DNA of 64,000 bases from Octopus sinensis (taxonomy: Eukaryota), in NCBI RefSeq assembly GCF_006345805.1, contig NC_042997.1:165106001-165170000 (forward strand), written 5' to 3'. A program made the position numbers and the translations under genes. Below, piece after piece: positions 1 to 12,649 of the stretch. The notes below the pieces were generated by a model. That model did no database searches. It saw nothing but the letters and a program-made list of their open reading frames with translations, and was not told the origin of the DNA. The number at the start of each line of letters is the position of its first letter. Positions within the stretch are counted from its first letter, which is position 1.

Positions 1-451
1 CACACACACACCACACACACACCACACACACACACACACAAACAAACAAACAAACAAAAGAAAAACAATAAAAACTCGACCACAACTTGCGCACTGACAC
101 CTGAAAAATCTACAATTCAACTAACACATGCTGTCTTGCGAATTATACAAACAAAATTCTTCATGTGTGTATTTATATGTGTTTATGTACACACAATCCC
201 AAATATTCTGGCTTCAACCAATTAAATTTACATAAACACATCCAGAAACACCTGAATTCCAGATGCCCTTACGCGCGTATGCAGAGGGGTGGGGGACACA
301 CTTGTAAAATACATACACACTAAAGCATATTCCCATTTCTAAGAACCACACCAAAATCGATCAACCATGATGCCATAATACATATTTTATAATAGAACCA
401 TCCTTAATTAGTTGCACCGTTAATTTCACTTCTCCAAAGCATCTTTGTGAA

Positions 452-845
452 CAGAAGAGGTGGTTGTGTGGTAAGCAGCTTGTTTACCAACCACATGGTT
501 CCGGGTTCAGTCCCACTGTGTGGCACCTTGGGCAAGTGTCTTCTACTATAGCCTCAGGCCGACCAAAGCCTTGTGAGTGGATTTGGTGGATGGAAACTGA
601 AAAAAGCCCGTCGTATATATGTATATACATATATGTTTGTGTGTCTGTGTTTGTCCCCCCCCCCCAACATCGCTTGACAACTGATGCTGGTGTGTTTACG
701 TCCTGTAACTTAGCGGTTCGACAAAAGAGACCGATAGAGTAAGTACTAGGCATACAAAGAATAAGTTCTGGGGTCGATTTGTTCGGCTAAAGGCGGTGCT
801 CCAGCATGGCCGCAGTCAAATGACTGAAACAAGTAAAAGAGTAAA
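452..845 (+). mobile_element. SINE-B copy (tRNA-like head, internal microsatellite, GTAAAAGA-repeat tail)
   Basis: Head GTGGTTGTGTGGTAAG...GGTTCAGTCCC, body, and tail GGCGGTGCTCCAGCATGGCCGCAGTCAAATGACTGAAACAAGTAAAAGA recur across the window (about 2775-3162, 30152-30552, 33230-33572, 57070-57410, 57690-58225 and partial copies). Confidence 0.85.
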
Positions 846-984
846 AGAGTAAAGATAATGTCACAACTTAAGAAACTAAGGTCTTTTATCTTGTTTCATG
901 ACTGCGACCATGCTGGGGCACCACCCTAAAGGGTTTTGTCGAACAAGTCAACACCAGTACTATTTTAATATAAGATAATCTTAC

Positions 985-1312
985 TGTGGAGGCGCATGGC
1001 TTGGTGGTTAGGATATTTGGCTCACGGTCGTGAGTTCAATTCCCGGCGACATGTTGTGTCCTTGAGCAAAACACTTTATTTCACGTTGCTCCAGTTCACT
1101 CATCTGCCAAAAATGAGTAGTACCTGTATTTCAAACGGCCAGTCTTGTCACATTCTGTCTCATGCTGAATCTCTTTGAGAACTACATTAAGGGTACGTGT
1201 GTCTGTGGATGGCTCAGCCACTTGCAAGTTAATTTCATGAACAAGCTGTTCCGTTGGTCAGATTAACTGGAACCCTCGTCTTTTTAACCGACAATAACCG
1301 ACAGAGTGCCAG
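985..1312 (+). mobile_element. SINE-C copy (diverged head, tail shared with the 10268 copy)
   Basis: Starts GTGGAGGCGCATGGCTTGGTGGTTAG. The 3' part GAGAACTAC...GGAACCCTCGTC matches 10516-10620. Confidence 0.75.
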
Positions 1313-1335
1313 ATAACCTTACCTAAGCGTTATCT

Positions 1336-1654
1336 TTTAGTTTTTATTTATACGCCCTTTTCAAGCCTAGCCAGCATCATGGGCCCGGTTTCCCGGTTTC
1401 TGTAGCGTTTGTGTTCTCCCCAGCTGGACGGGATGCCAGTCCATTGCAGCGTTACCCAAGAAACAGGAAGAAAGGGTGAGAGAAAGTTGTGGCGATAGAG
1501 TACAACAGGGGTCGCCACCACCCCCTGCCGGAGCCTCGTGGAGCTTTAGGTGTTTTCGCTCAATAAACACGCACAACGCCCGCTCTGAGAATCGAAACCG
1601 CGATCCTCCGACCGCGAGTCCGCTGCCCTAACCACTGGGCCATTGCGCCTCCAC
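1336..1654 (-). mobile_element. SINE-C copy with alternative 3' tail and 11-bp TSD
   Basis: Head is nearly identical to 10268-10450. Flanked by AAGCGTTATCT at 1325-1335 and 1655-1665. Confidence 0.85.
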
Positions 1655-1988
1655 AAGCGTTATCTACAACCACGTTATCTCGTGCCAATACATAGTCATC
1701 CTTGAGCGACGGAGGCCCCTAGTTTCGATAATCTGTCAATGTCTTTACTTATAGGATTCATTTTGAGCAGATGAAATGAAATTACCTACATGTCATGCTT
1801 GTTTATATCTATGAAAACATTGCTTAATATGTGCTTGCATCTTTAACCTTTTACCTGTCCAAAGCATTTTCATAAATTTGTGTTAAACGCCTGTGCTTGC
1901 TTCCAAATTTTTAGTTAGCACCTTTTGCCTAGGTTTTAGAGTAATATAAAGCTTTTCTACCATAAATTACATTAGTATTTACAAAACA

Positions 1989-2383
1989 AAGGCGACAAGC
2001 TGGCAGAATCGTTAGCACACTGGGCGAAATGCTCAGCAGTATTTTGTCTGTCGCTACGTTCTGAGTTCAAATTCCGTTCATCTATCCTTTCGGGATAGAT
2101 TAAATAAGTACCAGTTACGCACTGGAGTCGATATAATCGACTTAATCTGTTTGTCTGTCTTGTTTGTCCTCTCTGTGTTTATCTTCTTGTGGGTAGTAAA
2201 GAAAAAGGTATTTCGTCTGCCGTTAAGTTCTGAGTTCAAATTCCGCCGAGGTCTACTTTGCCTTTCATCCTTTCGGGTTCGATTTACCAGTTACGGACTG
2301 GGGTCGATGTAATCGACTTAATCCGTTTGTCTGTCCTTGTTTGTCCCCTCTGTGTTTAGCCCCTTGTGGGTAGTAGAGAAATA
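1989..2383 (+). mobile_element. SINE-A head-body-body dimer
   Basis: One head and two bodies joined at AAAGAAAAA|GGTATTTCGTC (about 2200-2217). 15-bp TSD AGTATTTACAAAACA at 1974-1988 and 2384-2398. Confidence 0.85.
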
Positions 2384-2774
2384 AGTATTTACAAAACATT
2401 GAGAATACCAGGAAACATGTCCTGTGTTTCACGTGTGATACAGAGAACAGGCAAAGGGTTAAGACTGATGTGTGTATTTCCAGATATTTTACATATTTCT
2501 CAAGCAGATCGAGAGACAACATAGCAGTTTTCTCGTTGGATTGGTTTCCATAATATTGACTGTTTCATTTTTATTTTATCTTTTTTTTAGCACCAGGTCA
2601 AATCGGATCGAACAAACCTATGATCAAAACCATTACACCGGTGTATCATTTTAGAATTATGTTCGACCTCGCCATCTTGTGTATTTTCTTTTTTCTTATA
2701 GATGGCAGTGAGATTTTCCACGCAGATTTTCTTACCATATCAAGTTAATCTCGTAATTACGCAGAGTTGATTTA

Positions 2775-3162
2775 CTCTTTGCTCTTTTACTCTTTTATTT
2801 GTTTCAGTCATTTGACTGCGGCCATGCTGGAGCACCGCCTTTAGTCGAGCAAATCGACCCCAGGACATATTCTTTGTATGCCTAGTACTTATTCTATCGG
2901 TCTCTTTTGCCGAACCGCTAAATGACGGGGACGTAAACACACCAGTTCGGTTGTCAAGCGATGTTGGGGGGGACAAACACAGACACACACACATATACAT
3001 ATATACGACGGGCTTCTTTCAGTTTGCGTCTACCAAATCCACTCACAAGGCTTTGGTCGGCCCGAGGCTATAGATGAAGACACCTGCCCAAGGTGCCATG
3101 CAGTGGGACTGAACCCGGAACCATGTGGTTGGTAAGCAAGCTACTTACCACACAGTCACTCC
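2775..3162 (-). mobile_element. SINE-B copy
   Basis: Reverse-complement match to 452-845 along its length. Confidence 0.85.
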
Positions 3163-3449
3163 TTGGTTTAAGAACAATGAATGTTGTTATAGTTGTTTAA
3201 CCACTCATTAGACATAATCAAGCAGAATTATGGTCATACTTATAGCAGTCTTAAGAATCCAGTCTTTTTACATGTCTAGGACTACATCGTGGGCTTTAAA
3301 TTTGCTATTCCCTTTTTCAAACGAAAGGCTGTGTTTTCTGGGAGATTTGGCTGCAATTTCAAGCCGTTCGAGTCCAGGGCAGAAATAAGTCGAACATCTC
3401 GTGATTAGAAATATTCTATTCATGGCCAACTAGTTTTTAATATATCAGG

Positions 3450-3880
3450 GACTAAGGCGGTGAGCTTGCAGCATCGTTACTGCTTAGCAGTATTTCTTCC
3501 GACTTTACGTCCTGGGTTCAAATGCCGCCGGGGTTTACTTTGCCTTCCATTTCTTTCGAGGGTCGATAAAATAAGTACCAATTGATTACTGGGGTCGATA
3601 TAATCGACTTATCCCTCCCCTGAAATTGCTGGCCTTGTGCTAAAATTTGAAATCAATATCTCAGGGTCTATAAGGCGGTGAACTGGCAGAATCGTTAGCA
3701 CGTCGGACAAAATGCTTAGCGCTTTAGGCTCTGAGTTCAAATTCCGCCGAGATCCCTTTGCCTTTTATCCCTTTCGGGGGTCGATAAAAGAAGTACTAGT
3801 TGAGCACAGGGTTCGATCTAATCGACTTACCCCGCCTACAAACTTGCTGGCTTTATATGAAACCAGTAAATCATTCCATT
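3450..3880 (+). mobile_element. Two adjacent older SINE-A-type copies (alternative tail)
   Basis: Heads AAGGCGGTGA(G/A)CT at about 3455 and 3672, core TTTGCCTT..ATC..TCG.GGGTCGATAAA..AAGTAC, tail GCTGGCCTTGTGCTAAAATTTGAAATCAAT. Confidence 0.7.
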
Positions 3881-4358
3881 TTTCAGATGGTAGGATATAA
3901 ATATTTGTCTACTCTTTCTACCAGGTTCAACGACCGCTGAGATTATCTTCGTTGAACATAGATGTGGCATCGTAAGAATGTGGGAGGTGTTCGTACAGAG
4001 GTAAACACACAGCTTTTAAGAGACGAGTTGGAGGTAACGGACAGTATTGACATAAAGAGAGCATGAGAGGTGAAGAGACAGAATGAGAGTGAAAGAGAAC
4101 AAGTAGTTGGTATTCATAGAAGCCGTAGGGAAGAAGAGAAAGAAGGAGATGGTGATGTGAATATGGAGAAGAAATTACTCTAAAAGTGTTGAGTGAGCAT
4201 CTATAAAATGTGATGGGTGTATATGTCGAAAGGTAAGCAGGAAACCATAGTGTTAAATGAATTGGAGTATATATATGGGAACGTGTACACATACATGTCT
4301 ATATTATATAATCATAATATACATATTATGCGCATATATTATATAATTTATGTGTATA

Positions 4359-4399
<41 letters not shown>

Positions 4400-4939
4400 A
4401 ATATTGGCGTTCCTTGACTAACCAACCGTATAATTTTCTTTTGTGATTTAAATTTCAAACCAATAGCCAATCGAATTAATCTAAATTTTCTTTACCTAGT
4501 GGTCAGCATTTCTAAACTCATAGTTATTTCGATCTTGAAAGGATGGACTTGGTGCAAACTTAACTGTATCTATTATTATTATATTATTATTATTATATTA
4601 TTATTATTATTAATATTAATAGTAATTTTTATTAACTTTTATAGCTTTAGAATTTTATGAACTGAACCATGGTTTTAATTATTATTTTCATCTCCCTATG
4701 TGTTAGTTTTTTTAAAAAAAAACTATTAGCCAAATATGTATAATATCGGTACTTATTAATATTAATATATACAGTGATATATATTTTGTTTTATTTTGTT
4801 CTGTTTACCTTCCTTTATTGTACCAATGAGTATTATATTATATAAGTGTAGCATTATGATGTATAAGTTTTTATATTTTACATTTTTATATTTTTATATT
4901 ATATGTATATGGTTATATAATATTTTTCACAATTATAAC

Positions 4940-5075
4940 AATTTAATTAATTCTCTGAAGAGGCCGTGGGGCATCCTTGTTAATGCCTCATTTATACCTG
5001 CCTTTATGGCTTATAGGTTAAATGAGGTATGACTGCCCTCACTGCCGAAACAGCTGTCAGTTTTGATTTAATTGC
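4940..5075 (+). ncRNA. Type I hammerhead ribozyme, copy 1
   Basis: CTGAAGA 4955-4961; stem II GGCCGTGGGGCA/TGCCCTCACTGCC closed by G4962-C5046 and extended by ATGCCTCATTTA/TAAATGAGGTAT; GAAA 5047-5050; palindromic ACAGCTGT stem III; GUC triplet ending at 5058; AU-rich stem I. Confidence 0.8.
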
Positions 5076-5424
5076 ATATTATATTTGAAATTTTTTACTT
5101 ATATCTCTTTATCTTTTTACTATTACTGTATATCTCATTTTGTATAATGCCTTTACTCATATGTAATGGTGTATTAAAGTATTGATTGGGTATCATCGGA
5201 TAGTTGATGTTTTATTGATTTAAGTATGTTTCTCCATTCTCTAATTTGTAGTATTAATTTACGGTAATATTATTACCTTTACCCATATAATACAATAGAT
5301 GAACTGATTGTTTGACAATTTTTAACATCTATGTATTAATCTTGTTGGGTACCTATCTGGCAGTATATTGGATATATATTATCCCATGGTGGGTTGAATT
5401 TTCAACCCCTATCTCATTTTATAA

Positions 5425-5472
<48 letters not shown>

Positions 5473-5484
5473 CACACACACACT

Positions 5485-5521
<37 letters not shown>

Positions 5522-5696
5522 GTGTGAATATTGGCGTTCCTTGACTAACCAACCGTATAATTTTCTTTTGTGATTTAAATTTCAACCAATAGCCAATCGA
5601 ATTAATCTAAATTTTCTTTACCTAGTGGTCAGCATTTCTAAACTCATAGTTATTTCGATCTTGAAAGGATGGACTTGGTGCAAACTTAACTGTATC

Positions 5697-5745
<49 letters not shown>

Positions 5746-6073
5746 ATTAATAGTAATTTTTATTAACTTTTATAGCTTTAGAATTTTATGAACTGAACCA
5801 TGGTTTTAATTATTATTTTCATCTCCCTATGTGTTAGTTTTTTTAAAAAAAAACTATTAGCCAAATATGTATAATATCGGTACTTATTAATATTAATATA
5901 TACAGTGATATATATTTTGTTTTATTTTGTTCTGTTTACCTTCCTTTATTGTACCAATGAGTATTATATTATATAAGTGTAGCATTATGATGTATAAGTT
6001 TTTATATTTTACATTTTTATATTTTTATATTTATATGTATATGGTTATATAATATTTTTCACAATTATAACAA

Positions 6074-6209
6074 ATTTAATTTAATTCTCTGAAGAGGCCG
6101 TGGGGCATCCTTGTTAATGCCTCATTTATACCTGCCTTTATGGCTTATAGGTTAAATGAGGTATGACTGCCCTCACTGCCGAAACAGCTGTCAGTTTTGA
6201 TTTAATTGC
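6074..6209 (+). ncRNA. Type I hammerhead ribozyme, copy 2
   Basis: Same core as copy 1: CTGAAGA 6089-6095, GAAA 6181-6184, predicted cleavage after C6192. Confidence 0.8.
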
Positions 6210-6558
6210 ATATTATATTTGAAATTTTTTACTTATATCTCTTTATCTTTTTACTATTACTGTATATCTCATTTTGTATAATGCCTTTACTCATATGTAA
6301 TGGTGTATTAAAGTATTGATTGGGTATCATCGGATAGTTGATGTTTTATTGATTTAAGTATGTTTCTCCATTCTCTAATTTGTAGTATTAATTTACGGTA
6401 ATATTATTACCTTTACCCATATAATACAATAGATGAACTGATTGTTTGACAATTTTTAACATCTATGTATTAATCTTGTTGGGTACCTATCTGGCAGTAT
6501 ATTGGATATATATTATCCCATGGTGGGTTGAATTTTCAACCCCTATCTCATTTTATAA

Positions 6559-6604
<46 letters not shown>

Positions 6605-6616
6605 CACACACACACT

Positions 6617-6650
<34 letters not shown>

Positions 6651-6694
6651 AATTATATATATATATATATACATACACATACATACATATATAA

Positions 6695-6751
<57 letters not shown>

Positions 6752-7946
6752 TATACACGCTCAGATATATGTACATGCGAGAGATAGAGCGGGGTATAGA
6801 AAAGAGCGAGATTGTGTGTTGATGAGAAGAAAGAAAAGGACTCTGTCCCTCACATTACAGATACTCGTAATACTTGCCGAACGAGACTAAAAAAGAAGTC
6901 GAAAAAGAAATTAAAGTTGAAACTAAATTTATGTAACGGTGGATAGAAAGAAGAGGCTAGGGAGAAAGTGAGTGACGCTAACAGAAAGAACGTCAAATAA
7001 CATGGCTTCTCCGTTTCCTCCATTTTCTTCGTCTATCTGACGTTTCTCAGAAACCTTTACTTCATATCTCTGTCGTTATATTTTTTCTTAGATATGGTTT
7101 GATTATTCTTTTTTTAAAAAATGAAAAATAACAACACAAACAATAACAATAAAATTAATTCTTCTTATCATCCTGTTTTGAACGGTTCTGTGCGAGTTTC
7201 TGGTGCAGGCCGCGAGGCAGCTCTGTGTTCCTGAGACGTATGAAGCATTGCCTTTTGGCTAATGCAGAATAGTGTTTATTTGCTGTATCAATTTGCTTTG
7301 TTGTTTTGAGGATTTGTTCTGTTGTTGTTGTCGTTGTTGTAGTATTTTCTTTTTCTTTCTGGAGGTGGGCAGATATTTTTAATGTTTTGTTTGTTGAGTA
7401 GAATGTTGAAAAAGTGATTACGTGTTTTAGTGTCCGTGTAATGATTGTATTGAATACGTGCTGTGTGAGTTGTGTCATATCATTTATTATAAAGTGCCAA
7501 CTGTATAAGCTGTACGTTGCAAGAGTCGTTAATGACGTGTCGATCATGATGTATTATCGCTTGTCGATTATGTAAAAGTTTGTGTTGTTATTTCATTGGA
7601 TGTTGGTTGTGTGAAGCTGTGCAATTTATTGAGTTGAGTTCCTGAAGAGGTGTGTGTATTGCAAGGGAAACGCGGAGAGAACTGTGGAACTGTGCAATTG
7701 AATTGAAAGTATCTTGCGCAGGTTGTAGGCTATGTAAGACTTACAGGGTTTTTGTTTGGACAGTGTGAAGAACTATGATTTCTGATATATTTTTTAATGT
7801 TTTCGTTCATGTTCTTCATCATACATAGTGCTCTACTTATTTTTGTACTGTTTTCTCATTCATACATCACCACATCCGGCTTATTTCAGTTTCATGATCC
7901 TTGTACATAGAGTGTTTTCGATTTCCTTCTGGGCGATTATTAATTA

Positions 7947-8295
7947 CTAGCACTATGACCCGGCGTTTAGTGCATACATATACAGCTGCATGTGTGCACA
8001 CATACACGCGAGTACTGTCCAAATCTCCGACCAATTACATACAGCTAGCTGGCATTCAATTGGCGTATCAAGTTTCGGGCATTTTGGTTGGGTTTTGGAT
8101 AGAAAATTCACGAAAAAGTCACTTCTATTGATTTTTTAATGGCTTTGCGGGGTGACTGGGGAAATGTAAAGATGTGCATGACCACCCTTAGACGGTTTTG
8201 AATGACCATAGAAAGTGCGAGCCCTTTAATTGAAAAATTGTGGATTTGTATAAAGGACACACACGCAGCCATTTTGCCGTTTATATATATAGAGA
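7947..8295 (-). mobile_element. Non-autonomous Helitron (349 bp)
   Basis: Minus strand begins A|TCTCTATATATATAAACGGCA and ends AACGCCGGGTCATAGTGCTAG|T, i.e. TC...CTAG in an AT target. Same termini as 62764-63194. Confidence 0.75.
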
Positions 8296-10267
8296 TAGCC
8301 ATTTAACTGTACTAGCGAAAGAAAAGAATTGTATTGTACATATATCAAAATAAATAAGCGACTGAGGATACTGAACAAATGAGCGAAGGACATTTTTGTC
8401 ATTCTCTCCGTATCTCAGAAATATTTATCTGGCGAGTCCATCGTTACGAGAGAACTGCAACGCCAAATATTTGCGAAATTCATTATGAAGGTCCGACAAA
8501 GCATGTGTTAATTTCTGCTTGTATTGTCATTGTTCTATCACAAATCTTTTGGTGTTAGAGTGACGCTAGCATTAATGTTTCTGGTTCACGTAGTGCAGTG
8601 CCTGCTCCATCCACAAAACCAAAGAAATGCGCCCTCTTAACAAAGGTTACAGGTGGTCTGAGTTACTTGAATATACCTTCAAAATCTTCTTGTTGCTTAG
8701 ACTGACTTTCATATGTCTTGTGGAGATGCATCAAAATGTTACCGTGTGCTTTACTTTTCCTGAATTTTTCTCGTAATCTCTTTGAAATTTATAGTCCTTG
8801 CTTCTTGCAGTCATACGGCCATATTTTTACTATGATTTAGTTGTTATATGAAGGCTCTTTTAAATACATACTTTCATTGTTATTCTAGATGTGTGTGTGC
8901 ATGTATGTGTGACTCTGTGTGTGTGTGTGCGTGTATGTATGTGTGACTGTGTGTGCGTGTTTGTGTTTGACGATATCATCACTGTCTCTGTTGTAATTGT
9001 TACTGTGGTTGCTTCATCTATTATCAATGATGTCCACAAAGAAATTAATGTTTCTAGTCTTTGTATTATCTTTATTTGTCATTTTGTAGTTGTTGCTGCA
9101 ATTGTTGTTCGTGTAAATATTGTTAAATGGACATGTTATTCGCAATACATAACATATTTGTATTTTTTTTTTACTCTCGCCCATAGAAAGTAGTTGACCC
9201 CCACTGCTGTAGGTATCACTTCTACCTTAAACACCATAGCAATGTTGATACATAAATGAATTTGTGTTGTGGCGGCGAGCTGGTCGAATCGTTAGCACGC
9301 TGGGCAAAATACATAGCGTTATTTCGTTCGTCTTTACGTTCTGTGTTCAAATTCCGCCCAGGCCGACATTGTCGTTCATTCTTTCGGCGGATGATAAAAT
9401 AAGTACCAGTTAGAGGTCGATATAATCGACTTTCATCATCCTTCGAACTTGCTGATCTTGTGCCAAAATTTCAAACCAATATTTCTTTGACTTAACGGAA
9501 GAGAAATGCAAAATTTCTCTCTCATCCTTTATTTAATAAGGATTTCTAATTTAGAAACAAATATAATAGTGTTCCAATTTCAGTACAAACCCAATGTATT
9601 GATAATGGGTACGACCAATTATGTAAATTCTGGTATTTGAATGGTACTTTATTTTGTCGACCCAAGAAGGATGAAAGGCAAACGCGATCCCATTTGAACT
9701 CAGAATTTGAGGATATATAACTAACTACTAAAATATATTTTTACCAACGCTCACTCAATTCGAATATTGACTCAGACATGGCCATGTGGTTAAGAAGAAG
9801 GTGAGTAAATCAATATTCCGCAAGGCATTTTTTCTCTGACGTTCTACCGATTCTAGTAAACAACCGTGTCAGACTGATTAATAATATTTTGTAACAAAGT
9901 TCTGAGGCCATAGATTAAGCGGAAGGCCTAGTCGAGTAATTCAATCTTCTCCATGCAAGTGCTATGTGATATAGATCCCGGAAAAAAATAAAAGCTAGAG
10001 ATGGTATTGATATGATTCGAACTCAGGACGTTGAACCTGAAGAAATACCGTGAAACATAGTCTCCGAAGCTCAAACAATTCTGTCAATCGACCATTATAG
10101 CTCAGACAACTTAATGCTCCATTCTAAGTTTGACATAAGGTCTGCAATTTTGAAGTCAGCAATATAATCGATTATATTAAATCTAGCGTTCAACTGGTAC
10201 TTATTTTATTGACCCCGAAAAGATGAAAGGAAGAGTCGAGCTCGGTGGAATTTGAACTCAGAAAGGT

Positions 10268-10642
10268 GAGTGGAGGCGCAATGGCCCAGTGGTTAGGGCA
10301 GCGGACTCGCGGTCGTAGGATCGCGGTTTCGATTCCCAGACCGGGCGTTGTGAGTGTTTATTGAGCGAAAACACCTAAAGCTCCACGAGGCTCCGGCAGG
10401 GATGGTGGTGATCCCTGCTGTACTCTTTCACCACAACTTTCTCTCACTCTTACTTCCTGTTTCTGTTGTACCTGTATTTCAAAGGGCCGGCCTCTGTGTC
10501 ACGCTGAATATCCCCGAGAACTACGTTAAGGGTACACGTGTCTGTGGAGTGCTCAGCCACTTACACGTTAATTTCACGAGCAGGCTGTTCCGTTGATCGG
10601 ATCAGCCGGAACCCTCGTCGTCGTAACCGACGGAGTGCTTCC
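10268..10642 (+). mobile_element. SINE-C copy
   Basis: tRNA-like head GGCGCAATGGCCCAGTGGTTAG...GGTTTCGATTCCC. 5' half is shared with 1336-1654 and 3' half with 985-1312. Confidence 0.85.
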
Positions 10643-10666
10643 TCCCTCCTAATAATAAAGGACGTT

Positions 10667-10831
10667 ACCGTATACAGTTTTACAAACCAAGGACGTTATA
10701 TAGACCTCCTTGACTCAAGTTAGAGGAGGGGTGCGTATTATACACAAGGTTTAGATTTTTCAGACGTACAGCCCCCTAAAAATCCCCTGCGTATTATACT
10801 CAAGGGCGGACTATACTCGAGGATTTACGGT
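10667..10831. mobile_element. Possible pogo/Tigger-like MITE fragment
   Basis: Right end GCGGACTATACTCGAGGATTTACGGTA, repeated CGTATTATAC, left TACCGTA. Only a short TIR match is visible. Confidence 0.35.
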
Positions 10832-11859
10832 AATAAAAATAATTCTTTTTCCCCCAAATCGAAAGCGTCCCAGCTGTTACCATCCTATCTTGCTTATCTA
10901 AGACTACATTACTATATTCTTCCCTTTTATAAGTGACTCCGGTGCAATATAATGAGAAAATGCTGCTATTTCTAGCAAACAGAATGAACACTTCGAAACG
11001 CCCTCGTCGGCGCCTCATTTACTTGTGGTTTATAATTTGTATTTTAAAAAACATGAATATAGCATGTACTTTAGTAAATTCAATGAAAACAACTGCAAGC
11101 TATTGTATTTTTTCCGTCTTCCTTTTATTGTATTATATTATACTGCATTGTATTTATTGTATTTATTTATTGCATTTATTTATTGAGTTTATTTGTTTAT
11201 TTGTTTCTTGTATTTATTCAATTTCAAGGAGATTTAATTCGTTTCCGTTTGCAACTATAAACAAACACAAAACAGTCACTCGAGGCTGATATCTTCCTAG
11301 TAATTACATAGTTTTCAATATAAACGATTCCGACTTCCTTTTCTTCCTGTAATTCTCGCGATTATAAATCCACACTGTTGCTGTTGCTATCCATTGTTTT
11401 GTCGAGGTTTCTTGCCACAAGTCAAATGATGTCACAATGCCATCGTTCGGTTGTTATCTTTATTACGTGTAGCTCGCTTCCATACATCAAGGCCTCTAAC
11501 AGGAAGTCACATTAACATCGCCTGCCAAACTAAATAATACAGTGGAATCAGGCATGCAAACGGGGACAAGGGGTGTATTAAAATGGAACAGTATGCAATA
11601 TGGTTAGACTGTGGTCAAAAATTACGTTCATTAATATTGATTTCATAGCAAGTCACGGAGTAAAGAATTAAAGAGGAAATGGCGGTTAGATTATATAACG
11701 ATTCATAAACGATGAATCGTTACGTCGTTATGTGCTGATGACGTAAGTGAAATGAAATAACTGCAAATTGGAATTGAAACCGAGTTACCAACTCGGTTAG
11801 CTGGAAGATCGAGCTTATATATTCCAGCATTGTTGTGGTTTTAGTATTGGTGGAGATTT

Positions 11860-12260
11860 GTGGTGGTTGTTGTTGTTGGTGGTGATGGTAAAAGTGATAC
11901 CTGTCGGTGGTGGTAGGAGTACTTTTGGTAGTGGTTGTGGTTATTGTTCGTGAAGGTAGAGGTTATCCTTAGTAATAATAGTTTTGGTGGCGGAGACGGT
12001 GGTGGCGGCAACAGCGGCGGTGGAGGCGGTGGCAGCGATAGTGGTGGTGGTGGTGAAGATGATGTTGGGTGATAATAGTTCTGTCGGTGATGGTGGTTGT
12101 GCTGGTTGTGATAGTGTGATGTGGTGGGTGAAGATCCTATAATTTTGTTGTTGTTGTTGGTGGTGGTGGTGGTGGTGGTGGTATTGATTATCGTCATCAT
12201 GGTTATCATAATCATCATTATCACGGTGATCGTGGCCTCTTCGTTGTTGATCAATGTGCA
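11860..12260. repeat. Compound trinucleotide microsatellite (GGT/TGT/GAT/CAT)
   Basis: Direct inspection. Confidence 0.85.
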
Positions 12261-12649
12261 AGAAATAGTAGCTATATTTCCCTTAAATCATACTTTGCCG
12301 TCTTCAAAAGGATACTCAGAGAAGATAGTCTTAGATATAAACCTAAAATCAGGGGACAGTTACGACTGGAATCCTTTTGATCTGGTTTGACCCAGAATAA
12401 ACAACAATAGCAACAACATCCCTTAGAAGCTGGAGCCAATAAAGGAGTGTCTATGGAATCCTCGATTTGCTTGAAATAATAGTCAAATATTCGTTAATCA
12501 TACTCTACCGTCTTAAAAAGACGGATGCCCTGAACAATGGGATGGTTACAGCTGTAACAGGGGTCGGCTGAATCAGAATTTAGCATGGACAAGAAGTAAT
12601 ACAACTATTTAAAATGTGTAAGAATTTGAATAAAAGTTGGTGAGGAAAA

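Larger units (their letters stand above)
4395..6650 (+). repeat. Tandem duplication of a ~1.13-kb AT-rich unit (Penelope pLTR / retrozyme-like)
   Basis: GTGTGAATATTGGCGTTCC starts at 4395 and 5522. The identical short ORF MTIFNIYVL... lies at 5312 and 6446 (offset 1134). Unit boundaries fall in (AT)n runs and each unit has a hammerhead motif. Confidence 0.9.

Noticed and set aside
7641-7675. CTGAAGA...GAAA hammerhead-like core
   Set aside because: No complementary stem II or stem III.
7155-7800. Strand-biased stretch and 130-aa ORF suggestive of a decayed LINE end
   Set aside because: No recognisable RT or endonuclease motif; left unassigned.
8460-8820. Coding-like composition on the minus strand
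   Set aside because: Interrupted by stops and no motif that I can name.
10268-10345. tRNA-like sequence with A and B boxes
   Set aside because: It continues directly into a SINE body, recurs at 1580-1654, and lacks a proper acceptor stem; it is a SINE head, not a tRNA gene.
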